From Marsupella aquatica (taxonomy: Eukaryota > Plantae > Marchantiophyta): a stretch of 64,000 bases of DNA. The DNA is taken from positions 16,785,420-16,849,419 of the forward strand of contig OZ316898.1 in assembly GCA_973895155.1 (NCBI GenBank), in the 5' to 3' direction. The position numbers were made by a program, and so were the translations under genes. Under the pieces are notes generated by a model. The model saw only the letters and a list, made by a program, of their open reading frames with translations. It was not told the origin of the DNA and ran no database searches. The number at the start of each line of letters is the position of its first letter. The first letter of the stretch is position 1. Below, one piece after another: positions 26,856 through 39,729 of this stretch.

Positions 26856-27789
26856 GTGGACCCCTTGGCTAATAAAATCAGGGGGAAGAGTTGATCTGAG
26901 CCGTCTCCATTTCTTATCTCCAGAAATCTCATCCGTCCACCATAATGGCCAATCTATGGCTCAAAAGAAATATCTCAAATAGATCTATGGATGGTTTCTG
27001 TCCGTTTTGCAAATGGGATAATATTTTTCAAATGAAAAATTAAACAAATCCAAGCCTTCCTAGCCGTCGATTTTGTTGATTTTGCGATCTTTGCCGTCCA
27101 TTTTGTAATGCTTCTAGAAATCTTATTCATCCATTTTAGAAAGATCTAAATGAGATCTACGACTGGGTATTTTTTGTTTTGAGAATGAGTAAATAATTTT
27201 GAGTATAAAATTCGATGAACTTTCAAGATTCCAGCCATTCCTCCTCCTCAATCCTGGGTTTCTATGTGCTCTTCCAGCATTAATGGCCGTACAATACGAG
27301 AGGTCCTTACATACCAGGAGTTGTGGTTTAACAAGGAAGTTATCAAGTTAGTTATTAGTCATTATTTATTATATGAAAAATATTTTTTATAAATCTTTGA
27401 ATATAAGTTTTAAAATTGGAAATGTAACTAAAACGGTTACATAGTGACAGTTTTAATCGTCTTGCTCTTTGCATTTCCAATGTTTTTACTTTTGTTTTTA
27501 TGGCACGGCGCCCCAAAATTTACACCCAAATTGACACAAACACGAATGAAAACTATAAGTTTGATTCACAAAATTGACGAGTCTTGTTTGTTGCGGTTGT
27601 TGTTGACATGGCACGCTATGGTGCCAGGAATTTTGGAAGGGACCTCTAGTGGGGTCCGTAAACATAGCCATAGATCTCATTGAGATCTATCTTTGAGCCT
27701 ACATGGCCTTCTAAAGTGGACGGATGAGATTGCTAGATAGAAACAAAAATGGATGGCCAAGATATCATGAATTTGAATTTGAGGTCCAC
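26856..27789. mobile_element. MITE-like or foldback element with long imperfect terminal inverted repeats and an AT-rich interior
   Basis: AATCTCATCCGTCCAC (about 26925-26940) pairs with GTGGACGGATGAGATT (about 27716-27731). The inverted similarity extends over about 110 bp, with outer GTGGACC / GGTCCAC. No TSD was found. Confidence 0.6.
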
Positions 27790-28018
27790 CAATCAGATGG
27801 AGGGGATTACTTATCCTTTTTTCTCACATAATTTTCCAAAGTTTTAATTGAAATTCTTGCAGTCGTATATCTTGGAGAGGGCTCCTACATTGCATTGAAC
27901 AGTGGAAGTGGCAATCCATCAGCTGTTGGGAAGCCTATCACACTCTTGGAGGTAACCCAATGCACTCTGGAGCCCCCTGTACCCGATTTGTGGTTTAACC
28001 ATTTATATAACATAAGTA

Positions 28019-31000
28019 TAAACAAGAGAGGTCCCAAGTGGACAAAACCAAACGCAAAAGAAGTGAGCAAAAGGAAACCCTAAAAACCAAGAAAGAGGAA
28101 CTAAAAGAAGTGAGCAAAAAGAAACCCCTAAAAACCAAGAAAGAGTAACTAAAACTACTGCAAATGGACCGAGGTCCTCTTCATACCTAGCAAATGTGGC
28201 AACAAGCTAGTGGTCTACATCAAGTGTCGAAACTAGATCGGCAAGTGGGATAGGAATGTCCTCTAGGGGGGCTAGCCGCTGCGGAGTCACACTAGCACCC
28301 ACTGTCAGAGATCGACGATAGACGGCCCGAGCTTGAGCACGCTGTAAGGTGACTGAAATGCGTTGGCGAAAGTGCGTGGTCAAAACAGATAGCGGGGGCC
28401 CGGTGGGACCCATCCGGCCGTGAACATCCCGAGCAGCTTGGCAAAGAAGCCCGTCGAACTGATGATGGAGACGCCCAAATATCTCAAGAGCAAGGGGCAA
28501 GAAGCTATCAGATGAAGCTCGTGCAGCATATTTGGCCTCCTTCGTTGTTGCTGCTCGTGATGCTGCTGCCCCTGCTGTTGTTGCCATTGTCCCAATGATG
28601 TCTTGGCGCAATGGGTTTGCCACCACTACATCTGCCAAAGTACGGTGACCGTCCGGACCATGGTAAGATCCACCCGTAACCGCTGTGATGGAGGACCAGG
28701 TAACTGGAGCACCACCTCCCGCCGCACGCAGACCAAAGAGCCAGAGAGAACCTGAGCAGTCGCATCTTTCACAGCGTCGTGAACAAAAATGGTTTCGCCG
28801 CCCAAACTGCATCGAAGAAGATGGACACCTGTGGCATCACAAGGCTTCCCACAACTGCAAGTAGGAGGTAAACCAGCAAGAAGTGGGTGGGGCAAGCCCA
28901 TACGAAGACGCATGGCTGTCGCAAACTCCGCTGAAGACATCCGCAGGTGAGGAATGACTGGATTGGCCTGAAGCCAGCCTCCTGTGCCCTTCCCTCCGGA
29001 AGAAAGAATCCAAGCTCGGTCCGTGTCAGGTGTCTCGGTGAGGATGCTGGAAAGGGTGAAAGCGTGCATACGCCCAGCAAGGTCTGCCTGAAGACGAACA
29101 GGGTCCAAGGATAAAAACTCCTGGAATGAAGGTAACGCAGCTCGAACAGGATCGGGTAATGATGACCGCGCCGTGCGCAAATGAACCTGAAATGGGAGGG
29201 AACCCTCCTCGACCTCCATGAGGGATGAAAGTAAAAAAGGTCGATCCTCAGTAAGGAAACGATCAGCCAACAATGAGAAGGTGGCCGCCCACACGCCCAA
29301 GAAGGCCAAAGGTGCAAGGCGCTCAGTGGAAGTAAGCCCAAAACCACCGTGAGAAATAGGAAGACTGAGCTGTCGATGAAGCCACGGAGATGAGAGTAAA
29401 GTACCTGGCCCTAAAAGAGAGGCCAAAGTCTCACGAATGGAGACATCAAACGCTCGGAGGTGTAGATAAAGATCCTCGGTAGGGGGATGTGTCCGAGCCA
29501 AATAGGACGCACGAGGGTGGATGCATCTCAACAACAACCCAAATGCTGCCTGAGAGTCTGCTAACTTAGGGAGCATAGGAGTAGGGGCTAAGGCAGCCTG
29601 GAGAGCGTCAGCAATGAAAGATGAGCAAAAGGAGGCGGTACCGACTGGGGAGCCAAGGACCCGAAGACCGTCGGCAGGACGTAAGAACCCAGGGGAAGCG
29701 CAAGATCAGAGGGTAACCCAGCTGGACTCCATGCACAACTCTTCACCGGCTGAACTCGTAAACCGAGGCCCAACAAATGGGTGGAAAGGGTGGCGAGGGC
29801 AGAAGTAACAGCAACAGGTGGACCAATGATGTGGGTGTCATCTGAAAGGTAGGGGAAGATACACTGGGGGTGGGCCGCGGAGGCTTCTCGTAAAGCAGTA
29901 AAATGTGCAATGGCAAAAAGAGGCCCACCCAAAGGGTCACCCTGACGTGTACCTTCTGCAGAAGAAAGAGTGGTATACGCTCCTGTAGAGGTGTGATGAC
30001 TATAGAAGAGGGGGGCCTCGAACCCATAAAAACAACGGACAAAGGGGATAAGGGACTGGATGTCTGGATCCGCTGCCCTCAAAGCACGAAAAATTGTTGC
30101 CCGAGAAACCGTATTGAAAGCATTGGAGACATCAACCTGGAGGACAACCCAATCAGGGTGGAGGTCCAAGGTAGTACGAATACCCGCAATAACTGTCTCA
30201 CAACCGCCAGGAACGCCCACTGCAAATTGATGTGGAGAGAGATGATCCGATAGTGCAGAGCGATACTACGATGAAAGTGCGCGAGACACCAGACGAAGAA
30301 AAACCTCTCCAATAGCTATGGGCCGAACACCCGGTGAAGACTTAGCCATGGCCAATAAATGAGAAGCACTCAAAGCCGAGAGACGGGAGGAGGCAAACGG
30401 CCGGCAACAATACACTAGCAAAAGGAGAAGAAAACTGGAAAACCAGACTGAGGATCCTCAGGGGGGAATAAATCACGAAAATGCTCAAAGACATAGCCAG
30501 AGGGGCCACTAGCCGTGCAACGCGGAGCATGGAGGAAAGCATAGGTGAAGTGGTCCCTACTAAACTGAAGATCCTCCTCAGGCTCAAAATCCTCCACGAA
30601 CAAAGGGAGCTGATCATAGGGCTGCGAATGGAGATCCTGAAGGGCCGTCAAGGTGACCTCGCCAGGGGGGGCTGGTGTGGTGGGAGAAAGGGCCTGGACC
30701 GCACGACGATATTCACCAGCCTGGGCCAAATGACAAGAGCGACGAAGGCGTCTGTGCTCTGGAGGATGAGAGTGGCGAGCTGGGTCAGACAAAGCACGGG
30801 TAGTAAAGGAACGGGCTCGAAGAAAGTACTCTTCCTGAAGCTGTTCCCAATCTCCCCGCAGAAAACGATGGATACGAGAGGCAATCTCACGCTGACCCAC
30901 GCGACCACCGTGACTAGGGAGGGTAAGAGTCCACTATGGAAAAAGCATGAGTAAAGACCAATAGGAGACCTCGATAGGATGCGCCAAGATAAGCTGCATG

Positions 31001-32582
31001 AGTTGCAACAAGGATGACCGAACTAATGGGCGCAACGCTAGTGGGATGTGGTTATAAAGGCGAGGTCTAATGTACCCTGGATGGTAGGCTGGAAGGGGGT
31101 CTAGAGAGCGAACCCAACTCCATGCCTGCTCGGAAGCCTCCAAGGAAGGAGGGGCAGAGCTAACTGGGTCAAGAGGGGGCTGGGGCTGGGATTGGGCTTG
31201 CTGGCGACGTTGGCACCGACCCCGCCCGCGGTGATGAGGAAGGGAGAGGCCAACCCAGCCACACTCAGGACATGTATGCAGGGGACGCTCGTCTGGGGAG
31301 GGAGCAGGGAACGACTGGACAGGAGGTGGGGGGGGAACCGACGTGGATGAAGAGGCCGGAGGGGGATGCTGGAGGGGTGGAGGGGGAATGGGCTGGGGAG
31401 AGGACCCAGGGCGTCGATGGGGTGGGCAGTAGACTGGGGGGACTGGTAGAACATCGGGCATGGGGTCATCACGAAGATGAGAGAGATCCAATGAAGAAGA
31501 GCAAACACGAAGGCGACCACGAGGCGGGGGGGGAGGAGGGGGGAGAACTGTGTGGGGGGGCTGGGCGCTTGCCCCGCGCCAACACTCTCAACGTAGACAT
31601 GACAGGTCGCAACCCGATAAAAGCAAAAGCGCATCAAGAAGCGACAAAAGGCCCAACCAAGACATGTGAAAAGAAAGGGAAGGCTATGGAGAGAGCCCAC
31701 CGCGTCAAAACCCGAGAAGCGGCGCCACCGCTAGCCTAGAAAACCGTTGAGCACGTGTAGGCACAGCCAGGAACAAAGCTGGAGCTCTCGTCGATGTGTC
31801 CGTTGAGGAGTCGATGCGAGTGAATATCTCTCCGCTGATTTGAGCGTGTTGCTACAGCTCCCAAAGATGGTGGAATGCAAACTGGTCCACTAAACTTGGC
31901 AAAAACCACCTTGTCAGAACTGAAGAAGAAAGGCAACCACCAATCGGAGGAGAAACGTGACAAGACAGGAATGCTCCAAAGCTGATCAAGGGAAACCGTC
32001 ACCAAAAATGGAGGAGTAAATCAGAATCGTAATCGGAGCCGAAAGTGGTTGATATGTCACCAAAAGGACCGCAGTAGGGATAGATGTTGCACTCCCGGAC
32101 AAGAGCTGGCCAAATCACATGAGAATGTCGGATTCCGTGAACGAGGAACTGCTACAGGACCCTAAAGCTAATTGAAAGTGAGAACGGTGGAAATTGAAGA
32201 AAAAACGTGAGAGCTAATCAAAGTCCAATCGGGGCAATAGGAGACCAATTGGACCGCTCTTGGGATCAATCTGATGCTCCCGGAGAAGAGCTATACAAAG
32301 CACTTGAGAAATCTGAAATCCGTGAAAGATTGACCGAGATATGACCGTCGAAAGGAAGACGAAAATCGCAGAAAAACGACTAAAAAACGGCGAAAACGAA
32401 TGTGACCATAAGTATGTCGATACGGCACCGTTTTGGACGTGTTTTATATCGATTTGATGCGCCTCGGCAAGAGCAAGCTAATGCAACTGAGAAAACTGGA
32501 TTCCGAGAAAAACTGAGTGCGGGAGGGTAATCGAAATGGCGCGAAAACTATGCTACAGTGTGAACTCCATAGCCAGGAGGCC
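28019..32582 (-). mobile_element. Apparently full-length RLE-type non-LTR retrotransposon (CRE-like, R2 group), decayed
   Basis: Flanked by direct repeat ACATAAGTA at 28010-28018 and 32583-32591 (9-bp TSD). It has a single long RT-zinc knuckle-RLE coding region and a 47-bp tandem duplication in the 3' UTR (28056-28150). Confidence 0.85.
28207..31491 (-). pseudogene. Disrupted polyprotein: Pro-rich region and zinc finger, reverse transcriptase, CCHC knuckle, restriction-like endonuclease
   Basis: Motifs in order across frames: CPECG...HH...C finger; RPIAIGE; QFAVGVPGGCE; QVDVSNAFNTVSR; GTRQGDPLGGPLF; YLSDD; QLSLPISHGGFGL; CSCGKPCDATGVHLLRC; VHDAV; RVDL...DVVVANP; KEAKY; FLPLALEIFGRLH; RQRISVTLQRAQA. 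In-frame TAG stops at 30934-30936 and 30415-30417, plus several frameshifts. Confidence 0.88.
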
Positions 32583-32799
32583 ACATAAGTAAGTTGATGT
32601 GGGAAACAAGAATCAATTCTCGCTGGTCATACATTTGAAATTTAAAGTCATATCAACAATCTCATAAGTGGCCAGGAAAACAAATTGAAAAGTAGAACAA
32701 GTGCAGTTACTCTAGTGTGAACTAAAGAAAGAGAGTGCCCATGATATAGATCTACGATTGTGGGTCCGCCTTTTGAGGTAGCGTCCCCTGGTGGCATTT

Positions 32800-33222
32800 A
32801 GGGGTTGTCCTGGCATGTTTGCAAGGTGACCCTTTCTAGATGAACAAAATATATTTCTAAACAAAAACGAAGATATCTCACGAAGGGTGAGGATCCAGAA
32901 AAACGATCTAGAAAACATGTGAAAACAGAGCTCTCTCACTAGAATTCCTAAGTGAACGAGGCAAGGATCCATGTACCATTTATGTTACACGTGTAAAGCA
33001 CAAGGGGTTGTCCTGGCATATTTGTAAGGTGACCCTTTCTAGATGAACAAAATATATTTCTAAACAAAAAATATGATATCGCACGAAGGGTGAGGACCCA
33101 GAAGAACGATTTAGAAAACAAGTGAAACGGATCCAGAAAAACTATTTAGAAAACAGAGCTCTCTCACTAGAACTCTGAAGTGTAAAAGACAAGGATCAAG
33201 GTACCATTTATGTTACACGTGC
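32800..33222. repeat. About 204-bp tandem duplication
   Basis: GGGGTTGTCCTGGCAT.TTTG.AAGGTGACCCTTTCTAGATGAACAAAATATATTTCTAAAC at 32800 and 33004. Both copies end in GTACCATTTATGTTACACGTG. Confidence 0.9.
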
Positions 33223-34481
33223 AAAATCACGAACTGCCCTCCGCACGGGACAAACAAATATGAACTTTATCTCACGGAAAAGTGCAAAAGGTCTCTAAAA
33301 AGAGACTTGACGATTATGACATGTAAACGTGTAAAGGTCTATAGAAAGAGTCCCTAGAGAATGTGAAGGTCTCTAGAAAGAGACAGAATGGTGATTTTGC
33401 ACCAGTTTAAGCTTCTAGAGAGAGACTTTGCGGTGGTGCTGTAAACTGTGAACCCGCCGCTATCAAAATTCTCATTTCTCGTAAGCTATTGATCCCCCTC
33501 GGATTCAGTGCCATTTAGAATGTGACTTCAATTACTTTCCTACCAATTTACCGAAATATCTGACTCAAAGCCAGACAGCAGTTGAAATGTGACTCGCAGT
33601 CCATAAACGACATTCAAGGCAGACGAATCTTCAAGTGAAGAGAGGCAGGGAAGCGAATCTTCACCTCAGCGAAGAACAGGGACGCCAATTTTCTACTGGG
33701 CAGTTATCACGAAGCTGCTGCCGAAGAAAGAGGACAGAAGAAATCTAGACCCAGACTTGCAGACAAGACCCTCTTCAACTTGCACAGTTGCAGACCATAC
33801 CATCTTCAACTTGCAGCACACAATCTAATGCGGGATAACTTTTTCCTCACTCCTCAACCGGCGCCTTCGTAGGCGTAGGCTACTGGTCAGTCAAAGAGGA
33901 GGCTCCGACCTGACGCAATTCTCGGACATTGGGTATAAGCACTGAGGCCTCCGGTAAACACGCTACAAAAAGTAAGCGGTGGGTATGGCCTAGAGTAATT
34001 GTCCACCGGAGCACATATTCCTAAATAAATGCAACTCCCCTAACCAGCAGAAGGGCCAGAGTATAGGAAACCGTATCGAGTCGGTGTGCTCGAGAGCGTA
34101 TTAGTGTCGAAGGGTAAGTGCCGTTCCCAGATAGTTTGCTGAACGATGTCACCCAGCCTTCTCATCAAGCCAAACACACAATGCTTGATGAAAGGGAGTG
34201 GAAGTATGCTGACTTTCCATAAATTCTCGTCGCAGTCTCACTTGCTGCTCTCTGCTATGCCACAAGCTAATCGTGACCCATGAAGCGCTTCAAATGTTCG
34301 TTGCCTTTGTCGATTGACGGATAGATATCTTCCGAGAGTAACGACATACCAACAGTAGTCCTAAACAAACAACTTCGTACCTTAAATCCCTAAAAATGGC
34401 TCCTTCAGCTGATCAAGATTTGGGAAACACTTTCAAAACGTGACAAAACACTTTCAAGCTAGTAAAATCTTAACCAGATCT

Positions 34482-35261
34482 TCAACGCGATCCGCCTTGT
34501 GCCGACTGCCCATTATTGAGGGACGCTTCTTGTTCCTTCTTCAATCCGATCCTCCTCATGGCCCCGTAAAGCTGTCCCGCTGCCACTAGATACTGTGCAT
34601 TTTGTACAACAGTCAAAATTTTCAAAAATTCATGAAGAGTTTCGATTCTTAGGTCGTCGGCCGCGCTCATTAACTCCTCTAGTGCTTTCACTTTGTCATC
34701 CATTGCTTCAGACAATGTGTCGCCGTGGTGTGACACATCTTCCTCGTGATCGGCTTGCGCCAAAGTGAGAAGTGGCTGATCAGCTAAGCTTTGCTGAATG
34801 AGAGCTTGCTGATGTCCCAGTTCGTCCTCTGACTTATGAGTTTTGACTTGTAACTCACTAATCTGTGCCAGCTGCTTCGATGACAGAGCTGCCATACTGG
34901 GGGTGTCGAGACCACTAAGAAACTCGGCCAATTCTGCCTCAATCTGGAGGCCAGATTGTGCATATGCGAGCTGAAACACCATCGTCGGTCGCCACCCACC
35001 TATCCATAAGAAGGCATTTTCCAACGGGCTTCTCCAAGATGGTTGCATCATCTTCAAGACATCCTGCTTAGCTGCTCCATCTTTAGCAACGTAGTATTCT
35101 TGGTAATGTTGCTTCACTATCTCAATAATCCGTCGCAGCTCCTCCTCACGCTTCTCGTTATTCAGTTCAGCCTGGAGCTCCTTGCACAGCTCCTGCTGCT
35201 CTTCGCTCCACTTGTAAAAATACCTTTCGTAGGACTCATTGTGAGGCCCTCGTATCACCAT
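34482..35261 (-). CDS. DOG1-domain (DELAY OF GERMINATION 1-like) protein without bZIP, 259 aa, intronless CDS
   Basis: HYQEYYVAK...DVLKMMQPSWRSPLENAFLWIGGWRPTMVFQL, LSSKQL, E.ELG, ADDLRIETL...ILTVVQNAQYL are DOG1/TGA C-terminal domain motifs. Confidence 0.88.
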   Translation of the reverse strand: MVIRGPHNESYERYFYKWSEEQQELCKELQAELNNEKREEELRRIIEIVKQHYQEYYVAKDGAAKQDVLKMMQPSWRSPLENAFLWIGGWRPTMVFQLAYAQSGLQIEAELAEFLSGLDTPSMAALSSKQLAQISELQVKTHKSEDELGHQQALIQQSLADQPLLTLAQADHEEDVSHHGDTLSEAMDDKVKALEELMSAADDLRIETLHEFLKILTVVQNAQYLVAAGQLYGAMRRIGLKKEQEASLNNGQSAQGGSR

Positions 35262-37089
35262 CGGGTAGACGCAAAGGAAACCCCAGAAGAAATCTAACCA
35301 AGGAACGACGACTCTAGCCTGGCCAAATCAAGCTCAAGGTAATTCTTTGCAGCTTTGGGAGGCACTGTGACAACTTTCTTCTCGTGAGTGCGGGTTTTGA
35401 TAGGGCCAACACAGAGCTCCACGCTCAAAGGAAGAAGGAAGAAGGAATGTAACTGCAGAATCAGTCCAAAACACGAACGATGCGTCTGTTACCGTGGACA
35501 AGTCGCATCAAGGGCCCAGGCCATCGAATTGCGGCAATTTATGCAGGATGGACAAGTTTAGGACAGTGCATTGAATCAAAGAAGCACTGCATTCCTCCCT
35601 CACACAATTCTTTCACCTCGCTGCTGACAAACCCTTCCTGCACCCCGACTTTTGGGGTTGGTCAACAATAGATCTCCAACCTACGCAGAGGTTCTGCCCG
35701 ACCGACCCTGATCGCATCCGGCAGCAAGGGACGAGGAGAACCACAGTCTAGTCTGAAAATGGCCACGATTACAACTGTGAGGGATGCAATCAAAATCTTG
35801 CGGGAAGCAGTGGACGAAGGCACAGACCAAGATATTCGTCAACAATCTGCAACCGGACTCATGCCCTGTCAATAGGGTGCAAAGGAAACAGTCTCCAGCA
35901 GTAAACGCTGCACTCATATTTTGCGAAAAGATTCGCAAGACGCAGTTCGAGTTAGCGCAACTCTACGAACGAGTACTTTTTACAGTACAAACACTGAGGA
36001 CCGTGCGGCCGCTTGCAATGTCGAACACCAGATAGTGTACAGTCAGCCAGCTTATCACCAACTGGCATCCAATAGCAGCATACGAAGATTCGGCATCCAT
36101 CATCGTCGTACCTCGACTACAACAGTCAAAACAAAAAAACTCCAGTAGCCTAAAGGTATTGGTCCAAGCCGAAACAGAATCCTATCACCCCTAACACTTG
36201 GTTTTCTTCTTCACATCAATGACTGACCGTCCTCACTCGAACATAATTACGCTAGAAAATGATGAGCGAGTGATCCCACACAATTCTGCATTCTGCCAAA
36301 ACATTCCACATGATTGTAACGAACTCACAAAGCCCATCCCGCGTGAAAGTTATTCATCATCGTCAAGTCAAATCGAGAAGAATTGCACAGTACCTCTCCA
36401 GCAGGCTGAATAAAAACCTCGTTCTCATCCGCAAAACAAATCAGTCTTTCGCCCGACTTCTCCGGCTCTAGCTTGGACTCCGACGGTCGGCCACTCCGTT
36501 CCGCTGCGTGCAACCGAAACTATTTCCACAGCCCTCAGGTCACCTCAAGACCGATGAACTCGCTCCCTACAACCGAACTCGCTCCGATTGAAATTTCACG
36601 GTCTCACCCCTCCGATCCGCACCGAAGAATTATTCTTGATACGCTACCAATATCCCCTCCCGAAATGTCGTCGTCGTCGCGAGCAGAAGACTTCAGTGAC
36701 AGCAGACAATGAAGCAAACGAGCTGTAAGATATCTTCCGTCGCTTTGATCCTGATTCGCGCGGCGACTCAAAAGGCTGCGATTTCCTTGCGGAAGGATAC
36801 GTCTGCGAGGAGCCAAAGCAGAAACGGCCGTTCTGTGCTGTGTGCAAAGTAACTCACGCCTCAGGATTTAATATTCGCAAGTTGGAGTTGCTATTATAGC
36901 TAGCCCATCATGGAGCATATACTTATTTTTTAGTAAAAGGAGATCTTTATCTTGAAATATCTGTCTGCTGCACTCCACATGTCTTCGCATTTACTATTCG
37001 TTCACTATCGCATTACTTCTTTGGCTTGTAGACAAAGTCCACTAGGGAATCCGCCTATTCGAGAGGTCTGGGCTTTTCAATTTGTTAAT

Positions 37090-37166
37090 AATAAGACTTT
37101 AGTTGGTTTGCTAATCAATAAGACTTTAGTTGGTTTGCTAATCAATAAGACTTTAGTTGGTTTGCT
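37090..37166. repeat. 27-bp tandem repeat, about 3 copies
   Basis: AATAAGACTTTAGTTGGTTTGCTAATC repeated. Confidence 0.92.
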
Positions 37167-37569
37167 ATTAATTAGGACTGTGGCTTTTTTTGGGGCTCGT
37201 TGGCCTACTTGAGTTTTTCCCTTGTTTTCTCCCTTGTGTTGCGTCCGGGCATGTGGGGCCTTGTCTTGTGGTCAGACTCGGCACTGTGCAAGGAGGGCCG
37301 GGCATTTATGGGGCAGCGAGAAGCAGATATGTGTCAGGGATGCACATTTCTTCTATCAATGATCAGGGAAAACAGCTAATCAAATTCAACAAGTGTGTAT
37401 CTTTCTTGCCCATGAACTTTTTTGTATTAGGACAAATGATGAAAAAAGACGGGATCCCTTATTATGGTTGTAGATTGTACTAAATCATGAATTGTTCTTC
37501 ACAGAGATAAAAACCCTTGGCATAGCTAAATGCTCTCCATGGAAGTAATAATTTATGATAATCAAACCC

Positions 37570-38600
37570 TATCATATGTGTACTTGCCTGTGCATTGCAC
37601 ACAATTGACCCTCTAGAACCCAAATTCCTCCATGAGAAGTTGCCAGGGAGTAAAGGGTGACATACTTTCTGCGCTCCCTTGTCATGAGTTTTTCAAGGTT
37701 TTTGAGCATCTGCAATGGGCCTAGTGTTTTTTTATGTTTTGGAAAAGTTCTCCCAAGGTGACCACCCCTGCTTCTCCAGCACTGGGAATTTGTGCCCTCA
37801 ATTGCCATAGCTTTTCCAAGAGAGGGTGACTGCCATAGACTGGCAATAGAGCTGCTCTGTGAATACCATAGGTTTCTTTGGACAGCTGCAGAGGTCCACA
37901 ACTGCCATAGGTTCTCCACGTTTCAATATCCTGGCAGTGACTTCTTGATCTTTGTTTTCTCCACATTGGAATTTCTTTCAGCAATAATGTTTTCCTGCAA
38001 TGCTCCACGTGAATATCCACTGCCAGTTCTTTTTGCAGTTCCAAAACTGCGAGTGAACTGATAAATTAAATATTTGTTCTCACAAGATCAAGACAAGCAG
38101 AAACCTTTAGCCATGACATCCTAGTTGTTTGAAGGGAGTTGTTCTTTGGTTGCATCCCATTTCTCTAGTTCCTGAGAGTTTTGTGCACCTAGTGCATCTC
38201 AGTTGACTGTTTTCTAATGGACTGACTCTTTCATTGGATCCCAAAACTGATGAGTAATGCAGTATTTGAAGCAATATCTACCACTTTTGTGTCAAGGACT
38301 TTCCAATTGGACAAGTTCAATAGTATGAAGGCTCTCTTCAAGAAGCACAAAGGCATACGAGATGAAACTCTTACAATGCAGACCACTCCATCATCTGGTC
38401 GAAGAGTGCTTCAATGCTTTGTCACCATTTGTTTGTGGGGAATATTGAGCACCTATGCAATGGGAGTTACAAACTGTTTCTAGGCCTCTAGGTACAAGAA
38501 CAACCATGCACCCTTCAAGAACACCAACTCTTATGTGCCTAAAGTCACCCAAACGGTGCTCAAAGTGGGAGCCTGAAATGTTGAGGCAATGTAATTGCAC
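37570..38600 (-). mobile_element. Possible degenerate DNA-transposase remnant, family unresolved
   Basis: Overlapping broken ORF fragments in a TE-rich block. No diagnostic motif was firmly identified. Confidence 0.25.
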
Positions 38601-39729
38601 AACATAAAGTCATATGGAACCAGTGTACAACCAGATATTGATAATGATAGTTACATAGATACACACCATGCTTGGTACACAGAGAATCATTATGCTCAAT
38701 CCCAGCACATTTGCTGCCTAGCAAGGTACAATATGATAATTCTCTCCTCTCCCTCTCAGTCTCTTACCCCTGAAATTGATATGGATATATGAGCACAACA
38801 AATTGCTCACACAAGGGTCCCCCTCTCCCCTAGTGTAACCTCAGCAACCCTTAACTGTGGTTAAACCATGGAAAGGAAAGTTAACTAGTTACCAGGTTCT
38901 AGAGTTTGAAGTACTAACATGAAAGTGCCATGCAAAGTAAGAGCCATGCAGGTCATGTGAGGGACTTGCCGACATGCAATGGAGGCAATGAACCTTGGGA
39001 TGACAAGGCAGGTTTCACATGTCTAACTGTTGGTCCTTGGTCTCCTTGGGACCTTGATTTAAGTTTCTCTCCCTCCAGACAGGTCCCTTGTTAGATCTGT
39101 GGTTATCTCGTTAAATGGCACCTCAAAGTACGGTGCTTGAAGGAGCCCCATACGGCCAAAATCCTGAACCCTACCACTTGTAAATTGTGTGCAAAAGGTC
39201 CTCCTTTGTCACAGTTCGTGGATGAGAAGTTTCATACTCCAAAGATCAAATTGTGGCATGATGCATGCATGGGAGACCAGTGGTCCCTAACAATTCAAGA
39301 TGCAGCCATGTGAGCTGCCACTGGTCATTGATGCATATGGGGGCCTTGTCTCCAACTTAAACAGCTGACTGCCTTCTGGGAAAATATGGCTGTCAATAAA
39401 CAGTAAATGGAGGTCAAACTTCCAAACTTTTGTAGGATAGCGGGAGAGATACATAAATTGACTCCTATGTGAATGATAGGGGTACGGTCTACGGTTGGAA
39501 ATGATCTAGTGAGATCAGATCAATCTATTCAAGGTCTTACCATTTATATCTCGTTACCAAAGAACAAAATGTGCCTTAATGGATCGGAGGACGGGTCACA
39601 AAGGCGAAAAACCCAATAAAGGGGGGGCAGAAAAAAAATGAGAAAACCAAAGTTTAAGAGCCACAAAGCCCTACCTCCAAACCTAGTGCAACAAAAGAAA
39701 GTCTTACCAAGACACAAATTAAAAATCCT

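Noticed and set aside
32540-32640. HDV-like ribozyme at the CRE 5' end (GCCTCCTGGCT resembles P3/L3)
   Set aside because: No P1, P2 or P4 pairings could be built from the flanking sequence.
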